64,000 bases of DNA from Bacteroidales bacterium (GTDB lineage Bacteria > Bacteroidota > Bacteroidia > Bacteroidales > VadinHA17): contig JBBQJD010000001.1 of NCBI GenBank assembly GCA_038325595.1, forward strand, positions 6,417 to 70,416. Direction: 5' to 3'. The notes under the pieces were generated by a model. That model worked only from the letters and a program-made list of their open reading frames with translations, had not been told where the DNA came from and searched no databases. Shown in pieces: positions 18,648-27,184 of this stretch (its first letter is position 1; each line of letters opens with the position of its first letter). Both the position numbers and the translations under genes were made by a program.

Positions 18648-18808
18648 CGGTGCTCTGCACCTGAATATTATTTCCTATTTACATAACTACAAATATTGCA
18701 CAGGTAACTACAAATATTGCGCAGCTTTGCTGCATAATCCGACCTGTAAAGTGCAGAGCTCCTTTGTAGTATGAAATATCGTGATAGAAGTTAAGGTGCA
18801 GAGCACCG
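18648..18808. repeat. Composite 161-bp element bounded by 15-bp perfect inverted repeats, with internal direct repeats
   Basis: Inverted repeat cggtgctctgcacct (18648-18662) / aggtgcagagcaccg (18794-18808). A third partial arm gtgcagagc lies at 18750-18758. The 16-bp direct repeat taactacaaatattgc occurs at 18684-18699 and 18705-18720, with an inverted ctacaaa copy near 18763. Confidence 0.65.
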
Positions 18809-18814
18809 TAATAT

Positions 18815-18850
18815 CAGAAAAAAAGAAAGCCAGGCTTTTTTTACCTGGCT
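18815..18850 (-). terminator. Rho-independent terminator oriented for the minus strand (orphan: no minus-strand gene upstream)
   Basis: Stem AGCCAGG (18828-18834) / CCTGGCT (18844-18850) with a 9-nt loop. On the minus strand it is followed by TTCTTTTTTTCTG. On the plus strand no T-tract follows. Confidence 0.5.
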
Positions 18851-19026
18851 GCCCCTGGAATAAGGGATATATTGAGATTGCTTATACTTCCGTTAATCAA
18901 ATTACGTGCCATATCCTTTCATTACATGAAGAAATCCTCGTGGAATTTATTTTGAATTAATCCACGATTATTTGTAAATTTAATAGCCTGTATCGGGTTA
19001 TGTTATTTATCTAATAATAAAGGATT

Positions 19027-20604
19027 ATGAAAAAGTCAAACCTCAGTGCTCCCATTGATCTTCAGATGAAGAAAATGCCGAATTTTACAAGAAGAAGCTT
19101 TATTTCATCCTGTTCGGCATGTGCAGCATGCATGGCAATTGCCCCGCTGGGCTTTGTCAGCACTTCCTGCTCATCAGACAAAAAACTTAAAATAAGGGTT
19201 CTTTATTCCCTGCACGAAGCTGTTCAATCAAAACCCGACTGGCCCAATGTAGGATTTGATTTCAATCCTTTTATGGAAAATATCAACAACTCTCTGGCTA
19301 AAAATTTTCCTGATTTTACATTCCTTCCCTCCATGGTAACCGGGCAGGAGGAAGCTGATAAAATTGCTGCAATGGATGGCCCCGAAATGATTGACGGATA
19401 TATCGTTTATCAGCTGAATTGCTGGAACAGGGTTGTGCAATCCGTTGCAAAGACGGGGAAACCTGTCCTATATGCAGATTTCCAGTTTGGCGGAAGCGGG
19501 GGTTTCCTCGTTTATACTTCAGCCTTTCTTCGGGAAATGACACCCAATGTCGGATTTGTCGCTTCTTCAAAGCCGGAAGATTTCCTGGCAGCAGCAGGCT
19601 GTTTTAAAATAATCAGCAAAGGTGGAACAACAGAGGAATTTGTTGCAGCCACAACAAGAGCGAGGATTGCCTCAACACGAGCCAGAAAAAGTTATGAGCT
19701 GAAATCAAATCCCATTAAAACATTGACGGCTGAAGAATGTGTCAGCAGGCTCAGCCGCTCAAAAATCCTTGCTGTAAGAGATCAAAAGTCTGAGATTGCA
19801 GCGCCGGTCCTGGGTATACCTCTGGAGTATATTCCATTTGCAGAGGTAAATGATGCCTGGTCGAAAGCGGATAAGGATGAATCAGCTGCAGTTGCCGAAA
19901 GATGGTCTAAAACAGCCGCAGAGGTGATCGGTGTTTCGAAGGATACTCTCATGACCTCAGCAGCTATGTACCTGGGAATGAAGTCGGTACTTAAAAAGCA
20001 TAAAGCAAATGCAATCACGATGAATTGTCTTGGAGGTTTTTATGGAGGACATATTCATGCATATCCCTGTCTTGGTTTTCATGAACTATGCAATGAAGGA
20101 CTTGTAGGCGCATGTGAATGCGATACCCGCTCAACAGCCACCATGCTTGCCTTTACAACAATGACAAATGACAGGCCGGGATTTATTTCAGATCCTGTAA
20201 TTGATACATCCAAACGTCAGATAATATATGCCCACTGTGTTGCTCCAAACAGGATGTTCGGTCCACAGGGTGAAACAAATCCTTTTAAGATAATGACTCA
20301 CTCCGAAGACAGGCAGGGAGCGTCAGTTCAGTCGGTGTTGCCTGTCGATTATATGACTACAACGCTTGAAATAAACAATGATCTGAAAGAGATCCTGATG
20401 CATCAGGCTATCGCAGTCGATAATGACCCTGATGACAGGGCTTGCAGGACCAAACTTTGCGGAGAGCCGGTTGGTGATATTGAAAAGCTATTTACAATGT
20501 GGGATAAATGGGGCTGGCACAGGGTTACATTTTATGGCGATTTGAAAGAATCTGTCCATGAACTTGCCAATGCAACGGGATGGAAAGTAATAGAGGAGGC
20601 CTGA
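19027..20604 (+). CDS. Tat-signal protein with L-arabinose/L-fucose isomerase-like fold (function unknown)
   Basis: 525 aa. Twin-arginine motif FTRRSFISS followed by a hydrophobic stretch and STSC. GACECDTRSTATMLAF parallels the AraA GAEGDWKTAAL motif. IIYAHCVAP parallels GAHMLEV. The start may instead be the ATG at 19066. Confidence 0.6.
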   Translation: MKKSNLSAPIDLQMKKMPNFTRRSFISSCSACAACMAIAPLGFVSTSCSSDKKLKIRVLYSLHEAVQSKPDWPNVGFDFNPFMENINNSLAKNFPDFTFLPSMVTGQEEADKIAAMDGPEMIDGYIVYQLNCWNRVVQSVAKTGKPVLYADFQFGGSGGFLVYTSAFLREMTPNVGFVASSKPEDFLAAAGCFKIISKGGTTEEFVAATTRARIASTRARKSYELKSNPIKTLTAEECVSRLSRSKILAVRDQKSEIAAPVLGIPLEYIPFAEVNDAWSKADKDESAAVAERWSKTAAEVIGVSKDTLMTSAAMYLGMKSVLKKHKANAITMNCLGGFYGGHIHAYPCLGFHELCNEGLVGACECDTRSTATMLAFTTMTNDRPGFISDPVIDTSKRQIIYAHCVAPNRMFGPQGETNPFKIMTHSEDRQGASVQSVLPVDYMTTTLEINNDLKEILMHQAIAVDNDPDDRACRTKLCGEPVGDIEKLFTMWDKWGWHRVTFYGDLKESVHELANATGWKVIEEA

Positions 20605-20676
20605 TCGAACCGCCAAGCGTTATATTTTAAATACTTCAGTTATCCTTAAAGTCGGGTATAAGGATTAATTGCTAAT

Positions 20677-23361
20677 TTGGAGAGATTAAATCTAAATGAT
20701 CTGACTTTGTCAAAAAAGATCACATTTATTTTATTCCCGGTCCTGATAACAGGAATGTTCGTTATTGGCTATTTTCTGTTGAGGGAGAGAGAGACCTTCT
20801 TAACTGATCCCTATAAGGCTGTCTCCCCCGGAGCATGCATTATCATTGAAACTGCCGACTTTAAAAGTTTTTTAAACTCAGTAACTACAGGCAAGGGGTT
20901 ACCCGGTGAGGCTGCAAAAGTAAAGGAATGGGAAAACTTTTCCAGAAAACTGAAATTTATTGCTGATCAGATTAATAAAACAGAATTTAAGAAATTGTTG
21001 AATGATGCAGCAGTTATTTCCTTTCATCCAGGAGAAGAGGAAAGCCTTCTTCCACTTCTTTCGATTGCGGTTCCGGCTGAAACACGATACAAACATCTTA
21101 AAGAAATCCTTCAATCAACAGGGATAAAACAAGTTATTGAAACCAGAATAGAGGGCAATTCTGTTCTGAAGATCCCATATAATATTAATAATAAAGCTGA
21201 TACAGTTTTTGTTTCTCTTATTTCCGGATTATTGCTTTGCAGCAATTCAGATAGTCTGATTGAAGAAGCTGTGAGCCAGACCAGGAAAAATTCTGATATA
21301 AGAGACCTGAGAGGTTTTTCAAGAGTGTACCTTGCTTCCGGTAAAAATGAAGATAAAGTATTTGTAGTATTTGCAAACCTTGGCAAAATAATCGATTCAT
21401 TTTTGGGTAAAGATGCAGCTTTACTGGCTGAGAACATTTCAAGATTAGGCGGTACTGCGGGAGGAGATATCTTTATCAGTGAAGATGGGCTCGTGTTAAG
21501 CGGTTATACTGAAAGCATTGATACCTCTGAATACCTCTATAAATTCAAATTATTGCCCTCGCGGGCCTTTCATACTTATAAAATTTTGCCTGCATCGACA
21601 ATTCTTTTTGAAACAATGATCCTGGCGGATATTGAAGCTAGTGATCAGAACGACGATGATAGCCCTGTGAATAAAATTAAAAAATTATTCGGTGAGGAAA
21701 TTACCCGGGCTGTTGTGGACAAGAATAAGACTTTAGACGAAAATTATTTATTCATTTATGAACTAACCAACAGTGCAGAGGCTGAACGGATTTTTATTGA
21801 AATACCTGATTTAAAAAGGGAAATATTATATTTTTCTCCTGATGATCAGATCAGAATCCCGGTATACCACACTTCCCTGCAGGGATTAAACAGTTACCGG
21901 ACCACAGGAAATCAGGCTTCCTCTGATGAATTCTATTTCGCCTTTTATGATAATTTCATGATATCGGGCAAATCATTTGGTGCAGTATCAGGATTATTGT
22001 ATGATAACCTTCTTAACAGAACCCTCGCAAATGACCTGACTTTCCGTGATTTTGAAAGTACACTTCCAACTCAGGGCTGTTACTTTTTCTTTTGTATTCC
22101 TTCGAAGATTACAGATTATATTGGCGGATATCTTAATGATGGATTGAATCTTGCCCTTAAATCAAATAAGCTGTCACTCAGTAAGATCCAATCTGCCGGC
22201 TGGTCGTTTTCATCAAGTAATGGTATGATCTACAATAGTTTATCGATAAGGTTTAAAGAAAAGGGAAGGCAGGAATCTACAACTGAATGGGAAACATTGC
22301 TCGACACTGTTGCAGGTATAAAGCCATTCTTCTTTACAAATCATATAACAGGGGCAAAAGAAGTTTTTATACAGGATCTGAAAAACAATATATACCTTAT
22401 AAATTCGGCGGGCAGGGTTTTGTGGAAGGTATCTTTAAATGAAAAGATAACAGGTCAGGTATACATGATTGATTACTTCAGGAACGGGAAATACCAGTTG
22501 TTATTTGCAGGAAGGAACTACATTCATCTGATTGACAGGAATGGTAACAATGTAGATAGATACCCTGTTAAGCTAAGGTCGCCTTCCTCAAGCTCCCTGG
22601 CCTTGTTTGATTACGACAAAAATCTCGATTACAGACTTTTTATAGCGGGCGAAGACAAGCTTATTTATTCGTATGATAAATCAGGCAATGTTGTCAAAGG
22701 ATGGAAGCCTTTCAGAACATCAGGGATTGTAAAGGCAGAATTGAATCATTTCAGAATCTCGGGCAAGGACTATATTGTTGCCTGTGATGAAACTTCTATG
22801 TATTTTCTTGACAGGACCGGGAATAAAAGAATAAATCTGAAGCAAACGGTAACAAAGGCTCCCGGATCAGCCATCAGGTTAAACCCGGGAACAAACCCCT
22901 CAGTTGTCTGTTCTTCTTCGGATGGCACAATTCTGCATATATATTTCGATGGAAACGTTAAAAAAGACAAATTAAGGGAATTCTCATGCAACCACTGGTT
23001 TGATATTTTTGACATAGATGGAGATGGCTCCGGAGAATATATATTTATTGATGAAGACATGATATACCTTTATGATCATAACAATACTGAATTATTCTCA
23101 AGGAAGTTTGATTCATCAGAGCTTAGCGAACCAATGGATTTTATCTTTTCAGCTTCTGACAGAAAAATCGGGATCTTTGACGCTACAAATAACCAGATTT
23201 ATCTTTTGGATAAAAATGGTGACACAATGAAAGGATTTCCCCTGAGAGGGGCATCCATGTTCTCAATAGGCCGGTTGCTTGAAAACAGCAGCTGGAACCT
23301 TATCGTTGGCGGAACAGACAGGTTCCTTTATAATTACAAAATAGAAACACAGCTTAAGTAA
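20677..23361 (+). CDS. Membrane-anchored protein with C-terminal beta-propeller repeats (unknown function)
   Basis: 894 aa with a TTG start. Single N-terminal anchor ITFILFPVLITGMFVIGYFLL. The last ~330 aa carry at least 7 repeats such as NIYLINSAGRVLWKV, YIHLIDRNGNNVDRYPV, LIYSYDKSGNVVKGWKP and QIYLLDKNGDTMKGFPL, plus DIDGDGSGEYIFID. Confidence 0.6.
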   Translation: MERLNLNDLTLSKKITFILFPVLITGMFVIGYFLLRERETFLTDPYKAVSPGACIIIETADFKSFLNSVTTGKGLPGEAAKVKEWENFSRKLKFIADQINKTEFKKLLNDAAVISFHPGEEESLLPLLSIAVPAETRYKHLKEILQSTGIKQVIETRIEGNSVLKIPYNINNKADTVFVSLISGLLLCSNSDSLIEEAVSQTRKNSDIRDLRGFSRVYLASGKNEDKVFVVFANLGKIIDSFLGKDAALLAENISRLGGTAGGDIFISEDGLVLSGYTESIDTSEYLYKFKLLPSRAFHTYKILPASTILFETMILADIEASDQNDDDSPVNKIKKLFGEEITRAVVDKNKTLDENYLFIYELTNSAEAERIFIEIPDLKREILYFSPDDQIRIPVYHTSLQGLNSYRTTGNQASSDEFYFAFYDNFMISGKSFGAVSGLLYDNLLNRTLANDLTFRDFESTLPTQGCYFFFCIPSKITDYIGGYLNDGLNLALKSNKLSLSKIQSAGWSFSSSNGMIYNSLSIRFKEKGRQESTTEWETLLDTVAGIKPFFFTNHITGAKEVFIQDLKNNIYLINSAGRVLWKVSLNEKITGQVYMIDYFRNGKYQLLFAGRNYIHLIDRNGNNVDRYPVKLRSPSSSSLALFDYDKNLDYRLFIAGEDKLIYSYDKSGNVVKGWKPFRTSGIVKAELNHFRISGKDYIVACDETSMYFLDRTGNKRINLKQTVTKAPGSAIRLNPGTNPSVVCSSSDGTILHIYFDGNVKKDKLREFSCNHWFDIFDIDGDGSGEYIFIDEDMIYLYDHNNTELFSRKFDSSELSEPMDFIFSASDRKIGIFDATNNQIYLLDKNGDTMKGFPLRGASMFSIGRLLENSSWNLIVGGTDRFLYNYKIETQLK

Positions 23362-23366
23362 TCAAT

Positions 23367-25466
23367 ATGATAAAAAAATCAGGGGCGTTTATAATTATAT
23401 TGCTCTTTATGTCAGCAGGTTGCATTAAAGAAACCTATGACATGAACAAGCTTTCAGACCAGGTGCACTTGTCTCCTTCCTTTGCCATTTCAGCAATTAA
23501 AGGAGATATGACCCTTCGTGATCTGGTTAAGTCAGTCGATACAGTAATTTTTGATCAGAATAAGTTCGGACGCTTTATTTTCAAAAAAGACTCGGTACTT
23601 GATTTGAACCTGGAGGATTTCTACGATTTCAGCAATATGGTTACCTTCAGTGATATATTTCAGATTGACGATCTTTCAATAAATTCATTTCAGGTTTCGG
23701 TCAATTATACCCTGAATCAGATCCGGCAGAGACTGGGTGCACCTTATTACGCAACATTTGGCAGTCTTGACGGGACAACAGCCCCTTTCCCGGCTTTTCC
23801 CTCAGTAAGCCTGGGCAATATTCCTTTTCCGTCCATAACAAATCTGGAAAGAGCTGTGTTCAGTTCAGGATATCTTGTGATTTCAATTAGAAATAATCTT
23901 ACAGCTCCGCTAAAGCCTACAACCCTCAGATTAACCAACACAGCTGATAATTCAGTTATAGGGAATGTGATCACGATTCCGGCTATTCCGGTTGGAGAAA
24001 CCCGGTCAGACTCGATAGATCTTGCCGACGTCACAGTCAGAAATATGATTTCTGCAGAGGTTACCCTTTCGGGCAGCGATGGCAATTCCACTCCAATGCC
24101 AATAAGCCTGGATAACAACAATATTCAGATGCTGCTCACCGGCAGGAATCTCAAGGTTAAATCAGGCAGGATCATTATTCCCCAAAACAAACTTAATTCT
24201 TCGAGCGGAACCGGGGAAATTAATTTCGATGCAGGAAGCGGAATCGAAATTGATCAACTTAAAATTATCAGCGGAAACCTTACCTGTAATATTCTGAAAC
24301 CATCATCTTTAACTCCTTCGCTCACCCTTACTTTGCCAACTTCACTGAGAAACGGCTCACAGGTTTCAGAAACTATCAATCTCGGGCCTGGTACGGTATC
24401 TGATAACAATATTTCCTTTACAAATACCACAGTTGATCTTGGTACTGATCCTGATCATCCTTATAACAGGCTGCCCTATACAGTTTCCATCAGCTCATCG
24501 GGGCTGGTTGATTTTAACTCAACTGATGTTCTGAGGCTTGACCTGAAGCTTCTGAATCCTGAATTTGATTATATTAAAGGATATTTTGGTCAGGAGGAAA
24601 AAACTATTGATCCTGAAATAGTTGATCTTGAGCTTGATGATGTTCTCAGCAACATATCGGGAACTTTTTTTGTTGCTGATCCTAAAATAAAAATCAATTA
24701 CTGGAATTCTTTTGCAGTTCCGGTTAAAATTGACCTTCAGGCAATAGGCAAAAGGGATGAGGATTCCATTATGCTTGGTCTTGATCCTTTTACAATACCA
24801 TATCCATTAACTGCACCCACTGTACGTGATATTTTTGCTGAAAAGATAATTGATAAGACTAATACAAGCCTTCCGGAAATTATCTCCATGCCTCCCGGTG
24901 AAATAAAGTTTTTTGGTTCTGCCAAGATGAATCCTGAAGGTGATCCGGAACATTTGCGGAATAATTATGTTTTTGGCAACAGCCGCATCCTTGGGAATGT
25001 TGAGATTGAAATACCAATGGAATTCAGGGTACATATTCAGTTTACCGATACTCTGGAAAATTTTCTCGCGGATATGTTTGATGATGACAGCGATTTTAGC
25101 TGGGAAGATTTTAAAACATTCAGAATGGATTTTAATGTTCAGAATGGATTTCCTGTAGGGCTTGAATTGCAACTGAATCTCTATGACTCCGTCAGGAAAC
25201 GCATTCTCGACTCAATTGATGCAACAGAAATTCTTAAAGCTGCAGCTGTTGATGCTGAGGGAAAAGTAACCGGCGATGAAGAATCTTCTGTAAGCATAGA
25301 TCTGACACAGGAGTTTTTAAGGTCTGTTGATAAAGCTGACAATATAATTCTGAACTTCAGGGTTAATACAACAGGAATCGATTCGAAAAATATAAAAATG
25401 TACTCTGATTACCGGATTAATTTCAAGGCAGCTATTGTTTTGAATTCTGACATTAATCTTAAATGA
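23367..25466 (+). CDS. Large lipoprotein of unknown function
   Basis: 699 aa. ATG start 5 nt after the upstream stop. Lipoprotein signal IIILLFMSAGC. No recognisable catalytic motif. Confidence 0.6.
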   Translation: MIKKSGAFIIILLFMSAGCIKETYDMNKLSDQVHLSPSFAISAIKGDMTLRDLVKSVDTVIFDQNKFGRFIFKKDSVLDLNLEDFYDFSNMVTFSDIFQIDDLSINSFQVSVNYTLNQIRQRLGAPYYATFGSLDGTTAPFPAFPSVSLGNIPFPSITNLERAVFSSGYLVISIRNNLTAPLKPTTLRLTNTADNSVIGNVITIPAIPVGETRSDSIDLADVTVRNMISAEVTLSGSDGNSTPMPISLDNNNIQMLLTGRNLKVKSGRIIIPQNKLNSSSGTGEINFDAGSGIEIDQLKIISGNLTCNILKPSSLTPSLTLTLPTSLRNGSQVSETINLGPGTVSDNNISFTNTTVDLGTDPDHPYNRLPYTVSISSSGLVDFNSTDVLRLDLKLLNPEFDYIKGYFGQEEKTIDPEIVDLELDDVLSNISGTFFVADPKIKINYWNSFAVPVKIDLQAIGKRDEDSIMLGLDPFTIPYPLTAPTVRDIFAEKIIDKTNTSLPEIISMPPGEIKFFGSAKMNPEGDPEHLRNNYVFGNSRILGNVEIEIPMEFRVHIQFTDTLENFLADMFDDDSDFSWEDFKTFRMDFNVQNGFPVGLELQLNLYDSVRKRILDSIDATEILKAAAVDAEGKVTGDEESSVSIDLTQEFLRSVDKADNIILNFRVNTTGIDSKNIKMYSDYRINFKAAIVLNSDINLK

Positions 25467-25486
25467 CTTTAATAAACCGATGTAAT

Positions 25487-26971
25487 ATGATCCGGAAAAC
25501 AACATATTTACTTATACTTATAACATCAATTATTCTGACTGATGCCTCTGCACAGAACAGCCAGACTCTGTATTTTATGAATCTGCCTCAGAATCATATG
25601 TTGAACCCTGCTTTAAGACCAAGCAACTCACTCTATATAGGGTTACCGGCCATATCCGGGATAAACCTGAATATCAATAATAATTTTGTGAATTTTTCAG
25701 ATATATTCATGAATGGCCAGCCTTCAGACTCAGTAATAACCTTCCTTCATCCAAAAAATAATGTCAATGATTTTTTGGGAAAGATCAGAAACAAAAATTC
25801 ACTTGAACCGCAGTTATCTGTTCAGCTTTTCGGACTCGGATTTTCGATTGGGAAAGGAAATTATGTGTTCCTTGATATTAATGAGCGGTTTGAAGGAAAT
25901 ATGGTAATGCCGCGCGATCTTTTTGAACTTGCACTTAAAGGGAATGCAGGATTTACAGGAAGAACTATTGATCTATCTTCTTTAAGGGGTGATCTTAAGT
26001 ATTACCGTGAAATCGGAATGGGTTTTTCGAAAAATTTCACCAATAAACTAAGATTGGGAGTGAAAGGAAAACTGCTTTTCGGTATTGCCGGAGCATCTAT
26101 TGATAACGAATCTCTTGGGATTATAGTGGGCGATGACTACTCACATACTCTCGATGCTAATCTGGATATTAATTTCAGCGGACCGGTTTCGGTTTACATG
26201 GATGAAAATCAGAATATCGACAGTATCAATGTGGATGATATTGAATCTGATGAAGTTGCCGGCTTTATTCTGGGAACGAAAAACATGGGATTGGGACTGG
26301 ATATAGGGGCAACTTATGACATTACCGATAGGATCGTTGTATCAGCAGCTATTACCGATATTGGATTTGTTAAATGGAAGAAGAATGTTACAAGTTTACA
26401 TGCTGAAAGCCGTTTTGAATTCAGCGGTCTGGATCTGACGGATGTTATAAACGGAACAAAGACAATTGATGAAGTCGGAGATGAGCTGGTCGATTCTTTA
26501 AAGAATTCATTCGTAATGGATGATTCAAATGAACCATTCACCACGTTTCTCCCAATGGGAATCTCACTTGCGGGAAGCTATAGTGTTACAAACTATTTTT
26601 CACTGGGATTGTTATCCTATACAAGGCTAATAGGAAAGCAAATGAGGGAATCAATGACCATGTCAGCCAATCTGAACCTGAGTAATAAATTTTCAACGAG
26701 TGTAAGCTATACTGCATCAAATCACAGATTCGACAATATCGGATTTGGCCTTGCATTCAGGCCGGGGATATTTCAGTTTTATCTGATCACAGACAGGATT
26801 CCAATTACATGGAACAGGATCATTCTTGATAATGGTGAGAATTCCGGTAATAACTCTTCACTTGTGCTTCCTTCCAGGTGGAATACTATAAACCTCAGAC
26901 TTGGAATGAATCTTGCCTTTGGAAACAAGGTCAGGAAAAAGAACGATAAACCAATGTTGGTTGTAGATTAA
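25487..26971 (+). CDS. Outer-membrane beta-barrel-like protein with PorP/SprF-like N-terminus (DUF5723-like)
   Basis: Signal peptide MIRKTTYLLILITSIILTDASA. The mature start QNSQTLYFMNLPQNHMLNPAL parallels the PorP paralog at 34760-35704 (QQDPLTSHYMFNTLTYNPGVAG). An alternative ATG at 25463 overlaps the upstream stop (ATGA). Confidence 0.6.
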   Translation: MIRKTTYLLILITSIILTDASAQNSQTLYFMNLPQNHMLNPALRPSNSLYIGLPAISGINLNINNNFVNFSDIFMNGQPSDSVITFLHPKNNVNDFLGKIRNKNSLEPQLSVQLFGLGFSIGKGNYVFLDINERFEGNMVMPRDLFELALKGNAGFTGRTIDLSSLRGDLKYYREIGMGFSKNFTNKLRLGVKGKLLFGIAGASIDNESLGIIVGDDYSHTLDANLDINFSGPVSVYMDENQNIDSINVDDIESDEVAGFILGTKNMGLGLDIGATYDITDRIVVSAAITDIGFVKWKKNVTSLHAESRFEFSGLDLTDVINGTKTIDEVGDELVDSLKNSFVMDDSNEPFTTFLPMGISLAGSYSVTNYFSLGLLSYTRLIGKQMRESMTMSANLNLSNKFSTSVSYTASNHRFDNIGFGLAFRPGIFQFYLITDRIPITWNRIILDNGENSGNNSSLVLPSRWNTINLRLGMNLAFGNKVRKKNDKPMLVVD

Positions 26972-26985
26972 ATTACTAATTTGAA

Positions 26986-27174
26986 ATGATTATAATTCGT
27001 ATAATATTAATCATCCTGATAATGTATCTGATTGCCAGGTACTTTATAGAATCATTGGAAAGTAAGGGACCGGAAAAACCTGTGAACGGGCCGGAAAAGA
27101 AGGATGAAGTTAAAAATAAGAAAGTATCCAAAAAGATAGGTGAGTACATTGATTATGAGGAAGTGGAAGAGTAA
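26986..27174 (+). CDS. Small membrane protein, DUF4834-like
   Basis: 62 aa. N-terminal TM IIIRIILIILIMYLIARYF, a Lys-rich linker, and the C-terminal GEYIDYEEVEE typical of DUF4834 as I recall it. Confidence 0.5.
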   Translation: MIIIRIILIILIMYLIARYFIESLESKGPEKPVNGPEKKDEVKNKKVSKKIGEYIDYEEVEE

Positions 27175-27184
27175 AATAGCCTCT

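Noticed and set aside
18684-18720. Direct repeats (16 bp, period 21) as a possible CRISPR array.
   Set aside because: There are only two copies, the spacer is 5 nt, and no cas genes are present. They are part of the inverted-repeat-bounded composite element.
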